From: a virus
Lineage: Duplodnaviria; Caudoviricetes
Virus record (IMG/VR): IMGVR_UViG_3300031993_000037
Coordinates: 1 to 64,000 of that record
Strand: one strand, 5' to 3'
Length of the DNA: 64,000 bases
Shown here: positions 61,677-64,000 of the stretch, one piece after another
Layout of the letters: each line of letters opens with the position of its first letter
How positions within the stretch are numbered: the stretch's first letter is position 1
Notes under the pieces: generated by a model
Told to the model about the DNA's origin: nothing
What the model saw: the letters and a program-made list of their open reading frames with translations, nothing else
Database searches by the model: none
Program-made: the position numbers and the translations under genes

Positions 61677-61905
61677 GTCTTTATTCTAAAGCCTAAAAAA
61701 AAATTATTTAAAAAACTGATATTTCTAGTTTTTCTCACTAAACGAAACCTAGCACAACTAGGGGTAAAATCTAACTAACTAAGGTTAGTAAGGGATATAG
61801 TTTTATTTAAATAGACAAACTGAATTGTCTATCAACTCTCTGCGAGAAAAATTTTTCTGAATTATTCTGTACTTAAGATTTGACTAACAAAAGGAGTTTT
61901 AAATT

Positions 61906-62322
61906 ATGAGTGCAGATGTTGCTTATGATGTAAGAACTGGAAGACTTACAAAAGATGTTGAGGTAAAAGATTTGAATGGTTCATTTCTTTTATCTGGAAG
62001 TTTTGCATCCAATCGTTCTTTTAAGAAGGGTGATGAATGGCATGAAGAAGCTTCGTACTTTAATTACAAGTTGTTTGTAAAGAGTCAGAAGCAGATTGAT
62101 TATTACACTAAGTACCTTAAGAAAGGTGCTCAGATCACAATTGACGGTGTAATCAACCAGGAACATTGGGAAAAGGATGGACAGAAGCAGTCTGCATACG
62201 TTTTCTATGCAAACCGTATTATCCCAGCTTTCATATCAAAGTCTGGTGGTGAAAACTCAGGCAGCTCCGGAGTTCCTTCGTATGACCCTTCAGAAGGGTT
62301 CCCAGAAGACCCAGTCTTTTAA
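61906..62322 (+). CDS. ssb: Single-stranded DNA-binding protein
   Basis: GRLTKD, YLKKG.Q..I.G...QE.WEKDG, acidic C-terminal tail; operator palindrome upstream at 61813-61830. Confidence 0.9.
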   Translation: MSADVAYDVRTGRLTKDVEVKDLNGSFLLSGSFASNRSFKKGDEWHEEASYFNYKLFVKSQKQIDYYTKYLKKGAQITIDGVINQEHWEKDGQKQSAYVFYANRIIPAFISKSGGENSGSSGVPSYDPSEGFPEDPVF

Positions 62323-62335
62323 TGTGAGGTGAGGT

Positions 62336-62560
62336 ATGGATGAGATTAAGCTGAATAGAACCCAGCAGAGAGTCTTTGACTACCTCACCAAATTCGGAAG
62401 CATTACAACACTTCAGGCATTCGTGGATTTGGGTGAGAGCAGACTTTCTGCACGCATTTGGGAGCTGAAAAGTAAGGGCGTGAATATTTCTTCAGAAACT
62501 ATTGAAGTAAAGAATAGGTTCAAAGAAGTAAGACACGTTAAGAAATATTGGATCGGGTAG
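62336..62560 (+). CDS. Small winged-HTH phage protein
   Basis: GSIT.L.A....G..RLSARI.EL...G. Confidence 0.75.
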   Translation: MDEIKLNRTQQRVFDYLTKFGSITTLQAFVDLGESRLSARIWELKSKGVNISSETIEVKNRFKEVRHVKKYWIG

Positions 62561-62569
62561 GATTTTGAA

Positions 62570-62926
62570 ATGAATATTAATGAATATCAGTTGCAGGCAC
62601 ACAGTTTTGCCGATTACGAAATGCCTTTTGTAAGTAACGGTGATTCTGCAGTACGAATTGATTATTGTTATCCGGCAATGGGATTGTCGGAAGAAGCTGG
62701 TGAAGTTTCTGGAAAGTTTGCCAAGGCTGTTCGTGATTGCGGCGGCGTAGTTGATGAAGAACGCAAGGAAGCAATCGTGAAAGAACTTGGCGATGTGTGC
62801 TGGTTTGTTGCAGAACTCTGTACATTGATGAATGTAAGCCTGGAAAGAGTTATGCAGACAAATATTGACAAACTTACTTCTCGTAGAGAAAGAAATGTCA
62901 TTAAAGGTGAAGGAGATGACAGATAG
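62570..62926 (+). CDS. MazG-like nucleotide pyrophosphohydrolase
   Basis: GL.EEAGEV..K...ELGDV.W...N..KL..R. Confidence 0.9.
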   Translation: MNINEYQLQAHSFADYEMPFVSNGDSAVRIDYCYPAMGLSEEAGEVSGKFAKAVRDCGGVVDEERKEAIVKELGDVCWFVAELCTLMNVSLERVMQTNIDKLTSRRERNVIKGEGDDR

Positions 62927-63057
62927 GAGGAAGATATGCCGGTTTCAAAGCATACAAGAAAAGGAAAGGTCAGAAAGCATGTGAAAAGACCTTTGCCAAG
63001 TATTGGAGCTGTAAGACATCCGCAGAAGTCTTACACAATTAAATATTAAAACTAATT

Positions 63058-63138
63058 GTCAGAGTAGCACAAATGGTCTAGTGCTTTCTTTATCTCCTTA
63101 TAAAAGATTTGATGCAGGTTCGACTCCTGCCTCTGGCT
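63058..63138 (+). tRNA. tRNA-like RNA with aberrant anticodon arm (no assignable anticodon)
   Basis: Acceptor GTCAGAG/CTCTGGC, D-arm GCAC/GTGC, T-arm GCAGG-TTCGACT-CCTGC. Confidence 0.65.
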
Positions 63139-63287
63139 ATAGCTGTACAACCCTCCCACTGAAACGTACAGCGAATGGCTAAACTATGTTTCTGCTCGTT
63201 ATGAGTTCCGCCACTGCACAGGGCTGCCGTCTGCAAATACCGTTGGTAGGACAGACGGAAATACTGTGCATATTTTTTGGAGTGCTT

Positions 63288-63932
63288 ATGAAAATTGTTC
63301 AAGAAGAAAACACACCTATCGGAAATTGTTTTCACGACAGTGAAGTAACAACTATTTTTAATGCCCTTGCACAGACAGTAGACGAGTTTGAAGTTGAGTC
63401 TGACCAGCTTATGGCTTGGAGTGATTTTATTATTAAATCAATGAAAACATTACAGGCTCAGATTAAAGACTGCGAGAGAAAACAGATAAAGAAAAACCAG
63501 GAAAAAGAAATTTCAGACAAGTTGCATAGAGGTGCGGAATGAACGACGCTGATTTGATAGCTAAAGCTACAAGACGCTTTGGAAAAACGAATATGACAAA
63601 GGAAGAGCTTCTTCGTAACTATGTTCCAGTTGTTCTTGAGCATATTTCAAAGCATGGTTGTTCTGGCCTCAAATGTAAAAGATGTCCTCTGAACAACGTC
63701 TGTGATAAAAACGCATTAAAGTCTAAGGAACTGGCAAATCAGATGATAGTGTATGCAAACACCCAGAGGCTTAAATGAGTGATGAATTGTACGAAGCCTT
63801 TGAGAGGTTTTCTATAATGACCGTAGATGGTTGTCTTGATGATAAGTCTGCCATTCAGAAAATAAAGGAACAGTATGGAAGAGATATCGCAACACAGGTG
63901 TGGGGAATAATTCTGTTGCATGGGGATAAGTA
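63288..63932 (+). CDS. Three hypothetical proteins (63288-63542, 63539-63778, 63775-about 63932)
   Basis: Coupled starts and stops; SD GGAG before ATG 63288. Confidence 0.55.
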
Positions 63933-64000
63933 ATGGGAAAAGCATACGCAAATAGGAAACCAGAATCAGAGAGACCTGCGGGAGATTTTTACGAAACTCC
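63932..64000 (+). CDS. Start of a possible phage DNA methyltransferase-like gene (truncated)
   Basis: MGKAYANRKPESERPAGDFYETP; D.Y.TP is typical of phage adenine methylase N-termini, but only 23 residues are visible. Confidence 0.35.

Overview
The whole window is phage DNA with no recognisable host housekeeping genes. It holds most of a temperate, long-tailed (siphovirus-type) genome in its excised (attP) configuration. The host is inferred to be a diderm, because a spanin pair is present; a Treponema-like gut/rumen spirochaete is plausible but not shown. Layout: (1) a leftward early region (1-8.1 kb) of small genes ending in a reverse transcriptase (YSDD motif) that runs off the left edge and is absent from the ORF track, preceded by a strong promoter, a boxA-like element and two large structured non-coding blocks joined by a 27-bp inverted repeat; (2) a non-coding putative terminus region and a cluster of Cro/C1 HTH genes; (3) a ThyX-like gene; (4) a complete head-tail module (12.6-42.2 kb) with a -1 frameshift tail chaperone and three paralogous fibre genes; (5) an uncharacterised 7-gene module (42.3-45.2 kb); (6) integrase and attP (3' half of tRNA-Arg(UCG)); (7) a lysis cassette, accessory ORFs and a catalytically dead integrase paralogue; (8) DnaB/DnaC/initiator with iterons, a CI switch, RusA, SSB, MazG and a tRNA-like RNA. 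The best candidate for an undescribed system is the RT. It shares regulatory signals with core phage genes and lies on the same strand, downstream of the large structured RNAs. All product calls come from motif recognition by eye; no searches were run.
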